From: a virus
Virus record (IMG/VR): IMGVR_UViG_3300050014_000899
DNA: 64,000 nucleotides
Reading direction: 5' to 3' (one strand)
In this document: positions 28,752 through 39,733 of the stretch, piece after piece
Layout: each line of letters starts with the position of its first letter
How positions within the stretch are numbered: the stretch's first letter is position 1
Notes under the pieces: model-generated
What the model saw: only the letters and a program-made list of their open reading frames with translations
Databases searched by the model: none
Told to the model about the DNA's origin: nothing
Position numbers and translations under genes: made by a program

Positions 28752-28972
28752 TGCCAAATCCTTGTCCTTATTGTGGTATAAGAGAAACCCAAAAAGATGC
28801 AAATGGGTTTTGCAAAAAATATGGTTGTGCAGAACGTCATAAAGAAGAAATGGGGAAACAGGAAAATCATTTATTTGCAATACATCCGATAGCTTATAAA
28901 ATCAAAAGAGTCATAACAACGGAGACATATAATTACGGAAAATTAGTTAAAACAGAAACAACTTATTCTTAA
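28751..28972 (+). CDS. hypothetical protein (Zn-ribbon-like)
   Basis: CPYC...C.C. Confidence 0.6.
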   Translation: MPNPCPYCGIRETQKDANGFCKKYGCAERHKEEMGKQENHLFAIHPIAYKIKRVITTETYNYGKLVKTETTYS

Positions 28973-28975
28973 AAT

Positions 28976-29482
28976 ATGAGAAAAATAATTAGTAACACGA
29001 TTAATGGTCAAGGTGACAAAGATGGAGCATTTGAATTTGCTTCATTAGATGAATCTAATGGTCATCTCTATATTCGAAATACCCCATTGGTAGCATCGGG
29101 CAGAAGTAATTCTCTTTCTTTAAAAAATGGGGTTTACCGTATAATTGAAGGGGTTCTTTATATCAAAGCGACCCAGCTGTTTTATGAAACAGTAGATCAT
29201 TTTGCTGAAAAATTGGACAAGTGGAGTCTTGCCAGTTATATTTATCTTATGGATCAGGAACAACTTGATGCTCTTGAGAATCCTCCAGTTCTTAAAGATA
29301 TACGTATTAAGCATTGGTTAAAGAAAGATGAATGGATTCGGGGATATGAAATTCCTTATTGCGGAGCATATAGTCCAAGAACTCGGGAGGTAGAAGATAT
29401 GAAATGGTTCAAATGTAAGTTGGAGAATCCATTTGAGTGTGCTTTAAGTAACTTTATTTTAAGAGAAAAAGATCCGGAATAA
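28976..29482 (+). CDS. hypothetical protein
   Basis: ORF. Confidence 0.7.
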   Translation: MRKIISNTINGQGDKDGAFEFASLDESNGHLYIRNTPLVASGRSNSLSLKNGVYRIIEGVLYIKATQLFYETVDHFAEKLDKWSLASYIYLMDQEQLDALENPPVLKDIRIKHWLKKDEWIRGYEIPYCGAYSPRTREVEDMKWFKCKLENPFECALSNFILREKDPE

Positions 29483-29832
29483 TGGCTAGAATTTTAACAA
29501 TTTATGGAAAATGTTCGGATCTTTGCTGTACCGAATATAAAGTGGATGGTAAGTCCCTTAAAGAAACTGATGGTTATGCTCCTGAAATTCCTGGAGTTTG
29601 CGGAGGAGATGATATTCAATTTGATCTTGATTTAGATACGGGAAAGATACTTACATTTAAACCCATAACTCATGAAAAAGTTTTGGAAGCTCTTGGAGAA
29701 GACGAGGATGAAAATGATGAAAGTCATATTCCCGAAGGATTTTATGAGGATGCAGATGGAAAACTTGTTGGCATTCCTCGTATAGAACTGGATGCAAGTA
29801 TCAATAAGATGCTTGGTGAAATAAATTGGTAA
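29482..29832 (+). CDS. hypothetical protein
   Basis: ORF, coupled. Confidence 0.7.
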   Translation: MARILTIYGKCSDLCCTEYKVDGKSLKETDGYAPEIPGVCGGDDIQFDLDLDTGKILTFKPITHEKVLEALGEDEDENDESHIPEGFYEDADGKLVGIPRIELDASINKMLGEINW

Positions 29833-29834
29833 AA

Positions 29835-30341
29835 ATGAGTCAAATGCACGATGTATTTATGAAGACGGCTTTTCTCTTTGCAGAGAAGAGTCATTGTGTT
29901 TCCCATCATGTGGGAGCAGTAATTGTAAAAAATGGGAGAATTATTGTTACGGGATATAACGGAACTCCGGAAGGTCTCGGTAACTGTGATAACCATTTTG
30001 ATCCTACAAACTTCGATAGGGAAGCCCATCATGTTTGGTCAAGAGATAATGAAATTCATGCTGAAATGAATGCCATTGCTTTTGCCGCAAAGAACGAAGT
30101 GAATATTGATGGTACAGATATGTACGTAACTATTTCACCTTGTAACGATTGTTTGAAGAATGCTATACCAGCAGGGATCAAAAATATCTACTATCTTTAT
30201 CTTTATGATAAGATCAATTTGAACCCTGTTTTACTTAAAAGAATCAACGTTCAGGAGGTTCCCGGAGCAGAGGAAATCAAGGAATTTGTAGAGAGAAACA
30301 ATTTACTTTATGTTTCCTCTCAACGAAAAATTAACGGCTAG
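29835..30341 (+). CDS. dCMP deaminase
   Basis: VGAVIV...TGYNG, HAEMNA, SPCNDC. Confidence 0.93.
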   Translation: MSQMHDVFMKTAFLFAEKSHCVSHHVGAVIVKNGRIIVTGYNGTPEGLGNCDNHFDPTNFDREAHHVWSRDNEIHAEMNAIAFAAKNEVNIDGTDMYVTISPCNDCLKNAIPAGIKNIYYLYLYDKINLNPVLLKRINVQEVPGAEEIKEFVERNNLLYVSSQRKING

Positions 30342-30396
30342 ATATTTTTTATTTAGGATATTATTCGTATATTTGTAATAATTAAAAATTAGAGAT

Positions 30397-30606
30397 ATGG
30401 CACAGAATAAATTTTATGTTGATGATAATTACAGAATAAATCCGCTTTCATTAACCAGCGGTGGAAAAGATGTAGAGATCTTTTTTGGCAATAAACAATC
30501 AAGAATTTATTCAAATGTAAAATCCCCATATAAATTCTGGAAGCAGGCAAAGCTTGACGATCCAACAATAAGGGGGTATAAAGTACTAGGAGATTCTTCC
30601 AAATGA
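30397..30606 (+). CDS. hypothetical protein
   Basis: ORF after TATATTTG promoter. Confidence 0.65.
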   Translation: MAQNKFYVDDNYRINPLSLTSGGKDVEIFFGNKQSRIYSNVKSPYKFWKQAKLDDPTIRGYKVLGDSSK

Positions 30607-30803
30607 GTGCACCAGACGAAAGCTTAGAAACATTACAAGCTGACATAAGGAATAAATTAACCCCAACTAAGAATCTTTTGGCTTTGTTGGATCTCTATTT
30701 TAAAGAGACTGATGAAACTAAGAAAGCTAAGTTAGTTAGTTTTATTGAGAAAGAAAGAATCAAGGTTAAAGAAAACGTAACATATTTATCAAATATATTA
30801 TAA
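30603..30803 (+). CDS. hypothetical protein
   Basis: ORF, coupled. Confidence 0.6.
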   Translation: MSAPDESLETLQADIRNKLTPTKNLLALLDLYFKETDETKKAKLVSFIEKERIKVKENVTYLSNIL

Positions 30804-32521
30804 TGGTTCCATCAATTCACCAAATCAACACAGTTACCGGAGATATAGCCCGGAACACTGAAAAGATCAAAAAATGGATTCTAGAAGATTCTAAACATGG
30901 ATCTTTTCTATCTATATTTCCGGAGACTGCTATAACTGGATATATGTGTGGATCGCTATGGGATCGTGAAGATTTTATAAAAGACCAAGTAGCTGAGGTT
31001 TATGGAATTCGTACTTATTTGGAGGAAATTGATTATAAGGGAACTGTTATTCTAGGCTTCATTGATTTTCTTGGAATGAAGAAAAACGGATTTCCGAAAT
31101 TGAAAAATGCTGCTGCTATTATTGATAAAGTTAATGTTCGAATTTATCATAAACAACTTCTTGCATCCGCTGATCATCACGAAGATAAAAAATATTTTGA
31201 ACCAGGAGATCATTCTTTAGTTTTTACGTGTAAGGTTGGGGATGAAACTAGGGAAGTTGGTGTTTTAATTTGCGAAGATGCTTGGGTATCGGATCATCAA
31301 AGAAATATACCAGACGAAATGTATTCTTTGGGGGCTGAAATATTGGTTCATATTAACCAATCCTATTTTTATTACGGCAAACAGGAAAAGAGATTAGCTC
31401 TTGGAAAAACAATAGCTCGAAATTATAAAATACCATTTGTCTCTGTAAATGCTATTGGTGTTGGGGACATTCTTAAGAATATTGTTATTTTTGATGGAAA
31501 CTCTTTCATCATTGATGATGAAGGGAATTGTGCTTTCGTAGCCCCAGCTTTTACCGAATATAATGGTAAAGCATCCATATCTGATTATAACATGTATTCT
31601 CCTCCATCGAAATATAAAGAGATCTGCGATGCTCTTCTTTTTGAACAGAGAGAATTTTTCCGTTTATGCGGAATTTCGAAAGCTCAGGTTCATGTTTCTG
31701 GAGGATTAGATTCTGCTATTGTTGCAGCTTTGGTAGCTAAATCAATGGGAAAAGAAAATACCATTCTTATTACAAATCCTTCAGATTTAAATACCAAATC
31801 TTTAAAATATGTTGAAGATCTTGCAAAAGGTTTGGAGATGGAATATTTTACATTCCCTGTTCAGAAGATTTATGATACCTTTGTAACAGAATTTGTTGCA
31901 TCATTTGGACAGCAACTTCCTCTATCAGGATTATCTTGTGCTCAAGCTACTCTTAGAAGCGTACAAGGATTAGTTGCTAATCATCTGTTTAAATCGGGGA
32001 TTGTTGCAACAGGAAATCATACAGAAATAGTTTTGGGATGGGCAACCTTTCATGATATAGGTTCAATTGGAACCCATGCACTTATTGGGGATTTAACCAA
32101 AATGGAACTTTACGAATTGGCAAGATATATCAATAAATTTCTTTACAACAAAGAAGTAATACCACCGGATTTGTTCAATGGAAAATTCGTTCCAGCTGCG
32201 GAATTACCAGATGCAAAAGAGGATCCAATTGACTATACCGTTCAGAGCGGAATCTGTGCAATGCTTATCAGGGATAGAAAAAATCAAAGACAGATTCTAA
32301 AAGAAATTTATGAAGAGGCCCCAAATCCGGATTATTTTCCGGATATTGATGAGGTTCGAAAATATTCAAAAGAAGGTCTTAAAGCTCAGATTGAATTTGC
32401 TGTTAAAGCTATGAAAAGATCTGTTTTCAAAGCAGGACAAGCTGCTCCAACCGTAATTATATCTCCAAGAAGTCGGGGATTTAGCAATAGAGAAACACTT
32501 ATAAATTACTATAATATTTAA
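30803..32521 (+). CDS. nadE: glutamine-dependent NAD+ synthetase
   Basis: Nitrilase domain (FPE, K, ICEDAW) plus SGGLDSA, TGNHTE, DLTK, PAAEL. Confidence 0.93.
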   Translation: MVPSIHQINTVTGDIARNTEKIKKWILEDSKHGSFLSIFPETAITGYMCGSLWDREDFIKDQVAEVYGIRTYLEEIDYKGTVILGFIDFLGMKKNGFPKLKNAAAIIDKVNVRIYHKQLLASADHHEDKKYFEPGDHSLVFTCKVGDETREVGVLICEDAWVSDHQRNIPDEMYSLGAEILVHINQSYFYYGKQEKRLALGKTIARNYKIPFVSVNAIGVGDILKNIVIFDGNSFIIDDEGNCAFVAPAFTEYNGKASISDYNMYSPPSKYKEICDALLFEQREFFRLCGISKAQVHVSGGLDSAIVAALVAKSMGKENTILITNPSDLNTKSLKYVEDLAKGLEMEYFTFPVQKIYDTFVTEFVASFGQQLPLSGLSCAQATLRSVQGLVANHLFKSGIVATGNHTEIVLGWATFHDIGSIGTHALIGDLTKMELYELARYINKFLYNKEVIPPDLFNGKFVPAAELPDAKEDPIDYTVQSGICAMLIRDRKNQRQILKEIYEEAPNPDYFPDIDEVRKYSKEGLKAQIEFAVKAMKRSVFKAGQAAPTVIISPRSRGFSNRETLINYYNI

Positions 32522-32525
32522 AATA

Positions 32526-32837
32526 ATGGAAGAAAAAATAGGTAACACCGCATGTTATTATAAAAGAAAAACTTTATCTTCGATTGCAATTACATTAAAA
32601 GATGTTTTTGATCAAATCGATATGGCTGCTTCTAGCGGAAAATACGGAGCCAATATTAAAGAAGAACTATCCGATGATCAATTGGAAGTTCTAGAAGGTC
32701 TAGGATTTGAACTAACCGTTTATGATGAAGATGATACGGAATGGGACGAAGGTATCAAATATCTTATAGAATGGGAACAGGCAGATCTTGATGAGGATGA
32801 TAATAATTCTAAATATACTGACGGAGACAATAACTAA
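32526..32837 (+). CDS. hypothetical acidic protein
   Basis: ORF. Confidence 0.65.
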   Translation: MEEKIGNTACYYKRKTLSSIAITLKDVFDQIDMAASSGKYGANIKEELSDDQLEVLEGLGFELTVYDEDDTEWDEGIKYLIEWEQADLDEDDNNSKYTDGDNN

Positions 32838-32842
32838 AAAAA

Positions 32843-33508
32843 ATGAAGAATAATAAAGCGTTAATCGTAGTAGATGTACAGAATGATTTCTGTCCAGGGG
32901 GAGCATTAGCCGTTACAGAAGGTGATACGATTATACCGATTATCAATAAGCTCCTTCCAGAATTTGAGCTAGTTATTTTTACAAAAGATTGGCATCCAGC
33001 AAGACACAATGGATTTGCATCAAATCATAAAAACGTCAAACCCTTTGAACACTTGATTGTGTGGAACAACAGCGGAGGTTTTGGTGGTGTAATGGATACG
33101 AGTGATGACAATAAAGTTGATCTGGGAATTATGTGGCCCGATCATTGTGTTCAAGATACTCCAGGTGCAGATTTTCATCCCTATCTAGATTTAGGAAAGT
33201 GTAAAGGAGAGTTCTATATCTTTAAAAAAGGAATGGAGACTCATGAGCAGGGTTACAGCGCATTTGAAAAACCTCAATTAGCTTCTTTCTTAGATGGGAA
33301 GGGAATATCTGAACTCTACATTTGCGGGTTGGCTACTGATTATTGCTGCAAACAAACAGCTTTGGATTCTGAAAAATTGGGTTTTGAAACATTTGTTGTT
33401 TTGGATGCTATGAAAGCTATTTCGGACGAAGGAGAAAAAATTGCAATGCTTGAATTAAATAAAAATAACATAAAAATTATTCAATCTTCCGAATTATTAA
33501 CACAATAG
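32843..33508 (+). CDS. pncA: nicotinamidase/pyrazinamidase
   Basis: VDVQNDFCPGGAL, DWHP, WPDHCVQ, GLATDYC. Confidence 0.95.
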   Translation: MKNNKALIVVDVQNDFCPGGALAVTEGDTIIPIINKLLPEFELVIFTKDWHPARHNGFASNHKNVKPFEHLIVWNNSGGFGGVMDTSDDNKVDLGIMWPDHCVQDTPGADFHPYLDLGKCKGEFYIFKKGMETHEQGYSAFEKPQLASFLDGKGISELYICGLATDYCCKQTALDSEKLGFETFVVLDAMKAISDEGEKIAMLELNKNNIKIIQSSELLTQ

Positions 33509-33544
33509 ACAGAGGCATCATGAATATATAAATAAAACATATTC

Positions 33545-34273
33545 ATGAAAAGAAAATTTAATTTTGTTTATCTAACTATCTGTAAATCCAATGGCAAGTG
33601 TTATGTGGGAAGCCATTGTACGGATCGGACGGATTTAGATGTTAACAGATATTTTGGAGGAGGGGATTTATTTAAAATAGCTTTTAGAAAATACGGAAAA
33701 TCGAAATTTCTTAGAATTATTTTAAAACAATGCGATGATATTATTGAAGCTAGAAATTTAGAAAGACATTATATTGATCTATTTGAAACTCTACGTCCGA
33801 ATGGATATAATATAAGCCCATCTGGCGGGATGGATAGAGGAATGTTTGGAAATCATTCAGAAGAATCCAAATTGCAGATGAGTCAATCAAGGATAGGACA
33901 AGAACCATGGAATAAAGGAAAAACGGGGGTTTATATAACTTCGGAGGAAACTAAGAAAATATTGAGGGACAAAAATTTAGGGGAGAATAATGCTATGTAT
34001 GGGAGAAAAGGAAAAAACTCACCCATATATGGAATCAAGAAATCCCAAGAACATCGAGAAAATCTGGGTAAAGCTAAATTAGGTAATAAAAACCCAAATG
34101 CGGGGCAATATGAAATAATTGATCCCTATGGTAATAAATTTTTAGTTTTGTCGGCAACAGATTTTATAAATGAACATCCAGAATATGGAATTAATCGTCA
34201 TTTTTTATATTCAGCTTCAAAGACAAAAAAACCAAATCATAAAGGATGGAAGGTAATAAAAATACAGGATTAA
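33545..34273 (+). CDS. GIY-YIG homing endonuclease
   Basis: FVYLT...YVGSH...NGYNI; NUMOD3 repeats. Confidence 0.85.
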   Translation: MKRKFNFVYLTICKSNGKCYVGSHCTDRTDLDVNRYFGGGDLFKIAFRKYGKSKFLRIILKQCDDIIEARNLERHYIDLFETLRPNGYNISPSGGMDRGMFGNHSEESKLQMSQSRIGQEPWNKGKTGVYITSEETKKILRDKNLGENNAMYGRKGKNSPIYGIKKSQEHRENLGKAKLGNKNPNAGQYEIIDPYGNKFLVLSATDFINEHPEYGINRHFLYSASKTKKPNHKGWKVIKIQD

Positions 34274-34464
34274 TTGATTGCAATTGTTTACCTATTTTAG
34301 TTGGTGATAAATTTCGGGTTACTAAGCATCAAAATGAATGTTGTAATCATTGGGTTATTTGCGAAGTAAAAGAAGATTTGACTTGCCGATGCGGGTATGG
34401 ATTGTTTTCGGTTGAAACCGGTGAATTAATCTCCAATGCAGCAATAGCAAATTATCGAGTATGA
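34246..34464 (+). CDS. hypothetical protein
   Basis: ORF. Confidence 0.5.
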   Translation: MEGNKNTGLIDCNCLPILVGDKFRVTKHQNECCNHWVICEVKEDLTCRCGYGLFSVETGELISNAAIANYRV

Positions 34465-34658
34465 TAGAAATCGATCTTAAAACTGAGTTTCCGCCCAAGT
34501 GGATTGGTGTTAGATTCAACGGATCCCGAAAAATGGTTTATCGAATTGATGGAGAGATGGGGTTGGTATTCCACATGAATAAAATTACTGGAGAAAGCGA
34601 TCACAGGTGGGAACATTTTACAAAATTTATAGATAGCAAAACTTCAAAATCACAATAA
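34461..34658 (+). CDS. hypothetical protein
   Basis: ORF. Confidence 0.55.
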   Translation: MIEIDLKTEFPPKWIGVRFNGSRKMVYRIDGEMGLVFHMNKITGESDHRWEHFTKFIDSKTSKSQ

Positions 34659-34659
34659 C

Positions 34660-35076
34660 ATGAATCAGACAGAACAATCAATTTATAATTTTAAAAAAGG
34701 GGATCTAATTACTCGCCTTAAACCGATGGTTGATGGAGATGGATTTAGAGATTTTTCTCTTGTTGGAACAGAAGTTACCTTTATTGGGATCGCTAATGCC
34801 TGCATTTATCTTTCAAAAAGAGCTGATTTCTTTTCTCAAATGCTTTTAGGATTAGCTGTTTCTCAGGTTAAAATTCCTCTGGAATTGGGGCAAGATGGAT
34901 GGGCATTTTATGTCAAACCCGATTTCCTGGAAGATCAGGATCCTACCGAATTTACGGATCAAGGTATGGTTGAAGCTGAAATCCAGAAAGCTATTGAAAA
35001 GGAAGATTATATGAGAGCAGAGTATCTTAAACAAAAGTTAGAAGAACTTTTAAAAAAGAATAAAGATGGAAAATGA
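34660..35076 (+). CDS. hypothetical protein with C-terminal UVR-like motif
   Basis: AIEKEDYMRAEYLK. Confidence 0.65.
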   Translation: MNQTEQSIYNFKKGDLITRLKPMVDGDGFRDFSLVGTEVTFIGIANACIYLSKRADFFSQMLLGLAVSQVKIPLELGQDGWAFYVKPDFLEDQDPTEFTDQGMVEAEIQKAIEKEDYMRAEYLKQKLEELLKKNKDGK

Positions 35077-35560
35077 AATTGAAGGTTCTATTATAGTTGA
35101 ACCAAACCCAGAATTGGTTCTTTATGCTGTAAGAAGTCAGCAAGGTCAGTATTTTCGTGCTAAGGGTTATCAAGGATATGGTGAAAGTTGGGTAGATACT
35201 CTCCAGGAAGCTAAAATCTATGGCAAAATAGGTATGGCAAAAAGACAAGCCACTTATTGGGGAGCTCATTTTCCTAAATACGGAACTCCGGATGTTATTA
35301 AATTAACACTAGGCTCCATGGAAGTAATTGATCAAAAATCTCGTGTAGAAAAATTCAAGCTTAAAAAAGCTCAGGAAGAAGCTAAAGAAAAGGAAAGAAG
35401 AGCTAAGGAAAGAATAAAAGAAGCTCATGCAGATATTGCTAGGGCTAAAAGAGATATGGAAAATGCTGAAAAGGAGATTCAAAAAATAGGGGAACATTTT
35501 CGAAATCCCAAACTTTCTTTTAACCCCTATGATCCTAGCGAAGACATCGAATTAGATTAA
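35066..35560 (+). CDS. hypothetical protein with coiled coil
   Basis: ORF. Confidence 0.7.
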   Translation: MENEIEGSIIVEPNPELVLYAVRSQQGQYFRAKGYQGYGESWVDTLQEAKIYGKIGMAKRQATYWGAHFPKYGTPDVIKLTLGSMEVIDQKSRVEKFKLKKAQEEAKEKERRAKERIKEAHADIARAKRDMENAEKEIQKIGEHFRNPKLSFNPYDPSEDIELD

Positions 35561-35623
35561 AATAGTCTCAAAAATATTTTTTACTTTGGATTCTTTTTTG
35601 TATATTTGCTTAAAGAATATACA

Positions 35624-36136
35624 ATGAAGACCCTTGTTATACATCCTAAAGATTCCACAACTGATTTTCTTTCAGCTATCTATGCTGACAAGGGTTGGGA
35701 TGTAATCAATACTAATGTTTCAAAAAGTTATTTATGCAGTCAGATCAAAGATCATGACCGCATAATCTTGATGGGCCACGGAACGGATCAGGGGCTTATT
35801 GGTTACAATCATTATGTTATTGATTCACGTTTTGTATATCTTCTTCGTGACCCAAATAAAACTTATATCTTTATCTGGTGTAATTCTGATTTATTTGTTC
35901 AAAAATATAAACTTAAAGCTTTTCATACGGGAATGATCATTTCTGAATATGAAGAGGCCCTTATGTTTTGTATTCCCACAACTTCAGCAGACTTGGATCA
36001 TTCAAACAAAATTCTTGCTACAGCATTTAGACATTCTATAGATAGCAAAGATATGCTTGGAGATATGAGGCTTTTTTATGCTGGGGTTAGTCCTGTTGTT
36101 CAATTTAACCAACATCATTTTTATGATAACCGCTAA
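35624..36136 (+). CDS. hypothetical protein
   Basis: ORF after TATATTTG promoter; GHG...WCN motif. Confidence 0.7.
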   Translation: MKTLVIHPKDSTTDFLSAIYADKGWDVINTNVSKSYLCSQIKDHDRIILMGHGTDQGLIGYNHYVIDSRFVYLLRDPNKTYIFIWCNSDLFVQKYKLKAFHTGMIISEYEEALMFCIPTTSADLDHSNKILATAFRHSIDSKDMLGDMRLFYAGVSPVVQFNQHHFYDNR

Positions 36137-36692
36137 CATATCTCAATATGTAGGAATGGATGCAGAACATTATTACTGCACATGGAAAGAAGTTGAAGAA
36201 AGTTTTCCTCGACCCAACTCAGGAGGTTCTCATGGAACTCAAGATCTCAAACATTCCTTAACTTATGCACAAGCTTGTGCATTATCTAGAAAGGACCACT
36301 ATCGCTGGGAGGAAGGAACAAAAACCAATAGATTTGATACAATTGAAGAAATTCATGAGGAACTTCAAAACCAATTTCCCAATCAAACGATTGTAACCTA
36401 CGAGGATGGCCAATTTTATAAAGACATGCTTTATATAAAAGATGGCGTTAATCTAGGAATCAAAGCATTTGGAGAAGTGTGGGTCAATTGTCCCCAATCG
36501 GTTTATACAGATCTTCTTCCAAAAGAAGGTATAAAAATTAAATGTTGTGACTGCGGTCATGAATATACTCTTGATGAGGTAACTACTGAAAGAGATTGGG
36601 CGGGGAGAGGATTAACTCAGTTTATTCGTAAGCGAGATATGGATGACCCCTGCTGCGATTATTTTGATCTCATTTGGAATGTTATATTGTAA
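36123..36692 (+). CDS. hypothetical protein
   Basis: ORF 36078-36692. Confidence 0.65.
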   Translation: MITANISQYVGMDAEHYYCTWKEVEESFPRPNSGGSHGTQDLKHSLTYAQACALSRKDHYRWEEGTKTNRFDTIEEIHEELQNQFPNQTIVTYEDGQFYKDMLYIKDGVNLGIKAFGEVWVNCPQSVYTDLLPKEGIKIKCCDCGHEYTLDEVTTERDWAGRGLTQFIRKRDMDDPCCDYFDLIWNVIL

Positions 36693-36731
36693 ATATTTTT
36701 TTATTCAAGATATTTGTTGTACATTTACGAT

Positions 36732-37151
36732 ATGAAAAAATTAGCATTGATTCTTTTCTTTTCTCTGGCGCCTTTAATCTGCTTTAGTCAGGTTAAAACA
36801 TCAGGCACTTTTGAAACAGGTTACGAATATCGAAGAACAGTCATTTATCTTGATCCGGAATTCCAGAGAAATACTGGCTGGTTTCCAATGTATGAGAGAG
36901 GGCCTTTTTACGGACATTTTTATGCTGATGCTGAATTGGAAGGTTTTAAACTTTACACATCAGACAAAACTTGGTTCAACAAGGATTCTCAAATTTACTT
37001 TAATCCGCAGGCATCTGAATTCATTATCGGATTATCATACAGCCATAATAAAATAAGTACCGGGTATGAGCACATGTGTACTCATTCATTTGAAGCACAA
37101 AAATTTTCGGATTTTTACGATAGAGTTTACATAAAATTTAAATTATTCTAA
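36732..37151 (+). CDS. secreted / outer-membrane beta-strand protein
   Basis: Signal peptide MKKLALILFFSL; C-terminal VYIKFKLF. Confidence 0.55.
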   Translation: MKKLALILFFSLAPLICFSQVKTSGTFETGYEYRRTVIYLDPEFQRNTGWFPMYERGPFYGHFYADAELEGFKLYTSDKTWFNKDSQIYFNPQASEFIIGLSYSHNKISTGYEHMCTHSFEAQKFSDFYDRVYIKFKLF

Positions 37152-37369
37152 TGAAAAGAGCTTTAAAAATAACTTCTTGGATAGTTGGAATATTAACTTG
37201 CATTGTCGTTCTCATGCTGGTCATTGCAATGGTTTATGATGTTCCTCTTGGTGGTTTATATGAAGACATTTTTAAACCCATTTTAGTTATTTGGGTAGCA
37301 AGTGTTCTGGCATGGTTATTGATCTATGTTCCGGGAACTTTCAATGGAAAATTTGACAACCTATTATGA
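37151..37369 (+). CDS. small membrane protein
   Basis: Two hydrophobic helices. Confidence 0.65.
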   Translation: MKRALKITSWIVGILTCIVVLMLVIAMVYDVPLGGLYEDIFKPILVIWVASVLAWLLIYVPGTFNGKFDNLL

Positions 37370-37488
37370 AATTATCTCTGCGAAATATAAAAAGAAGGTT
37401 ACGTATCTGGTATAAAAGACAGTGGCCTCACAATATTTGCAAACTTTTTAATGATGCTTATCGTTATTTTGGAACATAATCTTAATCT

Positions 37489-38412
37489 ATGAATATACAA
37501 ACCATATCAATCGTAGTCCCAACAAAGGGATGTGTGAATAACTGCAAATTTTGTTGCAGCAAAATGCATGACTGTCCTTATGAAAATCATTGGGATGAGG
37601 TAGGAATGATGGATCGTATTAAGTATGCTACCATGAATGGAGTCAATACCTGCATTCTTACAGGTACCGGAGAAGCGATGCAGAACATTCCATTTTTGGA
37701 AAAACTATCAAGTTTATTTCATCAGATGGATCGGCCATTTCCAAATATCGAACTTCAGACGACCGGAGTATTTTTGCAGAAGGAAGAAATCAAATCAAAG
37801 TACACTTTTGGCAAATATCCATATCTGGAATTATTGAAAATGCTAGGGGTCAAAACCATTAGTCTTTCGGTTGCAAATGTCTGCGCAAATGGAAAAAACA
37901 TGGAAATCATCGGAGTAAAACCTGCTCTCCAATTTAAACTTGAAGAATTAATCCCTCTTATAAAAGAACGGGGCTTTAATGTTCGTTTGAGCCTTAATAT
38001 GCTAAACTATTATGATCACCTTACCCCTCTAATGCTTCTTCAAAGATGTAAGGAACTTGGAGCAGATCAGGTTACTTTCAGAAAAATGTACAGGGGTCAA
38101 GCTGATACAGAGGAGAACTTTTATGTTTCAGATAATAAATGTTTGGACTCAACCCTCGAAAACATAAAGAAATATGTAGAAGGAGTTCATACAGTAAATT
38201 TTGCAGGTTACCGAACAGATCTTGAGGGTCATGGGACATTTCTTTATCCTCTCCCATTCGGCGGAAAAGTTTATTCAATAATGGGGATGTCAACGGTTAT
38301 GGATGACGATTGCATGTCAAAAGAAGCCGGCGAAGCCCTTAAATATATCATCTTAAGAGAAAACGGAAAGCTTTATTCTCGCTGGGATGACGAAGGTAGT
38401 TTAATCTTTTAA
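37489..38412 (+). CDS. radical SAM protein
   Basis: CVNNCKFC (CxxxCxxC), LTGTGE. Confidence 0.88.
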   Translation: MNIQTISIVVPTKGCVNNCKFCCSKMHDCPYENHWDEVGMMDRIKYATMNGVNTCILTGTGEAMQNIPFLEKLSSLFHQMDRPFPNIELQTTGVFLQKEEIKSKYTFGKYPYLELLKMLGVKTISLSVANVCANGKNMEIIGVKPALQFKLEELIPLIKERGFNVRLSLNMLNYYDHLTPLMLLQRCKELGADQVTFRKMYRGQADTEENFYVSDNKCLDSTLENIKKYVEGVHTVNFAGYRTDLEGHGTFLYPLPFGGKVYSIMGMSTVMDDDCMSKEAGEALKYIILRENGKLYSRWDDEGSLIF

Positions 38413-38467
38413 TCACTTAAAAATAAAAATTATAAAAAAGTTATTTATCATAGGGGTAATAATTAGA

Positions 38468-39010
38468 ATGACTTTATCATGCTTCGGGCAGGAAGATTAT
38501 ATTGTTTCTTCTAGTTGTTTTATACATTCAAATATGGGGGAACCCTTTACAGTTTTAGGGTCTTTGGAAAAAGGGTCTCATGTCGGAGTTATTTCATTGG
38601 ATTCTCTTTTTAATTCAACTTTTAAAAGTTGGGATGTTTATTGTAAAATAGTAGACCCCAGTGCTTTATCTAAATATGGATATGTATTAAGAGAAAAAGT
38701 ATCTTCTAAATTGGACCTTCAAAAAGAATTAAAATTACTTCAAAATAGGGTAGAGGCTGTTGACAAAGCATATAAACTTCATAATGCTAATTTAATCAAA
38801 AAATATGGTTCTGTTAATGGAAAAATGATAATAGAAGGAAAAATCTGGATTGGGATGACGGATAAAATGTGCAGAGAAAGTTGGGGTTCCCCCGATGAAA
38901 TAAACAGCAGCACTTATTCTTTTGGAGTTAAAGAACAATGGGTATATGGAAGCTCCTATGTTTATTTTGAAAATGGTATTTGCTCTTCATTTCAACAAAC
39001 AACTAGATAA
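38468..39010 (+). CDS. hypothetical protein
   Basis: IGMT...SWGSP...EQWVY C-terminal domain. Confidence 0.65.
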   Translation: MTLSCFGQEDYIVSSSCFIHSNMGEPFTVLGSLEKGSHVGVISLDSLFNSTFKSWDVYCKIVDPSALSKYGYVLREKVSSKLDLQKELKLLQNRVEAVDKAYKLHNANLIKKYGSVNGKMIIEGKIWIGMTDKMCRESWGSPDEINSSTYSFGVKEQWVYGSSYVYFENGICSSFQQTTR

Positions 39011-39061
39011 TTTTTTGTATAAATCATTGTCAAAAGCGTAGATATATAAAAATAAAACGCT

Positions 39062-39730
39062 ATGATAATCTATAGAACAACTAATTTAATCAATGGAAAA
39101 ATTTATATAGGAAAGGACAAAAAAGAAAATCCCGCTTATTATGGTTCCGGCATTGTTCTTCGTCAAGCGATAAAAAAATATGGCAAAGAAAATTTCAAAA
39201 AAGAAATTTTAGATAAATGCAGTACTTCGGAAGAACTCAATGAAAAAGAAATTTTTTGGATTAATAAGTTGAAATCATGCAACAGAAAAATCGGATATAA
39301 CAAAAGTTTAGGCGGGGATGGATTTTCGGGTATGCTCCCCGAAACATTTGAAAAAATTCGATTAAAAAATATTGGTCAAAAAAGAACAAAGGAAACAAAA
39401 AATTTGCAAAGTGTTGCATCAAAAGATAAACCCAAATCTGAAGAACATAAAAAAGCATTATCTAAAGCTTGGGAAAAAAGAAAAATCGAAAAACCGCATA
39501 CTCAAGAAACTTTGGATTTAATGAGTAAATCTATGATAGGAAAAAATGTTGGAAAGTATGTGAAAATATATCAATTTAAAGGACCAGATGGAAAAATACA
39601 TCAAACCGATGAGGGATTAGTTAAATTTGCAAAATCTATTCATAAACATCCTATTTCATTCAGGGATTTAATACAAGGAAAAATTAAAGAATATCATGGT
39701 TGGACATATTTACAAACTATAAAAGAATAA
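39062..39730 (+). CDS. GIY-YIG homing endonuclease
   Basis: IIYRTT...YIGK...YYGSG...GYN..GGDG. Confidence 0.9.
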   Translation: MIIYRTTNLINGKIYIGKDKKENPAYYGSGIVLRQAIKKYGKENFKKEILDKCSTSEELNEKEIFWINKLKSCNRKIGYNKSLGGDGFSGMLPETFEKIRLKNIGQKRTKETKNLQSVASKDKPKSEEHKKALSKAWEKRKIEKPHTQETLDLMSKSMIGKNVGKYVKIYQFKGPDGKIHQTDEGLVKFAKSIHKHPISFRDLIQGKIKEYHGWTYLQTIKE

Positions 39731-39733
39731 AAT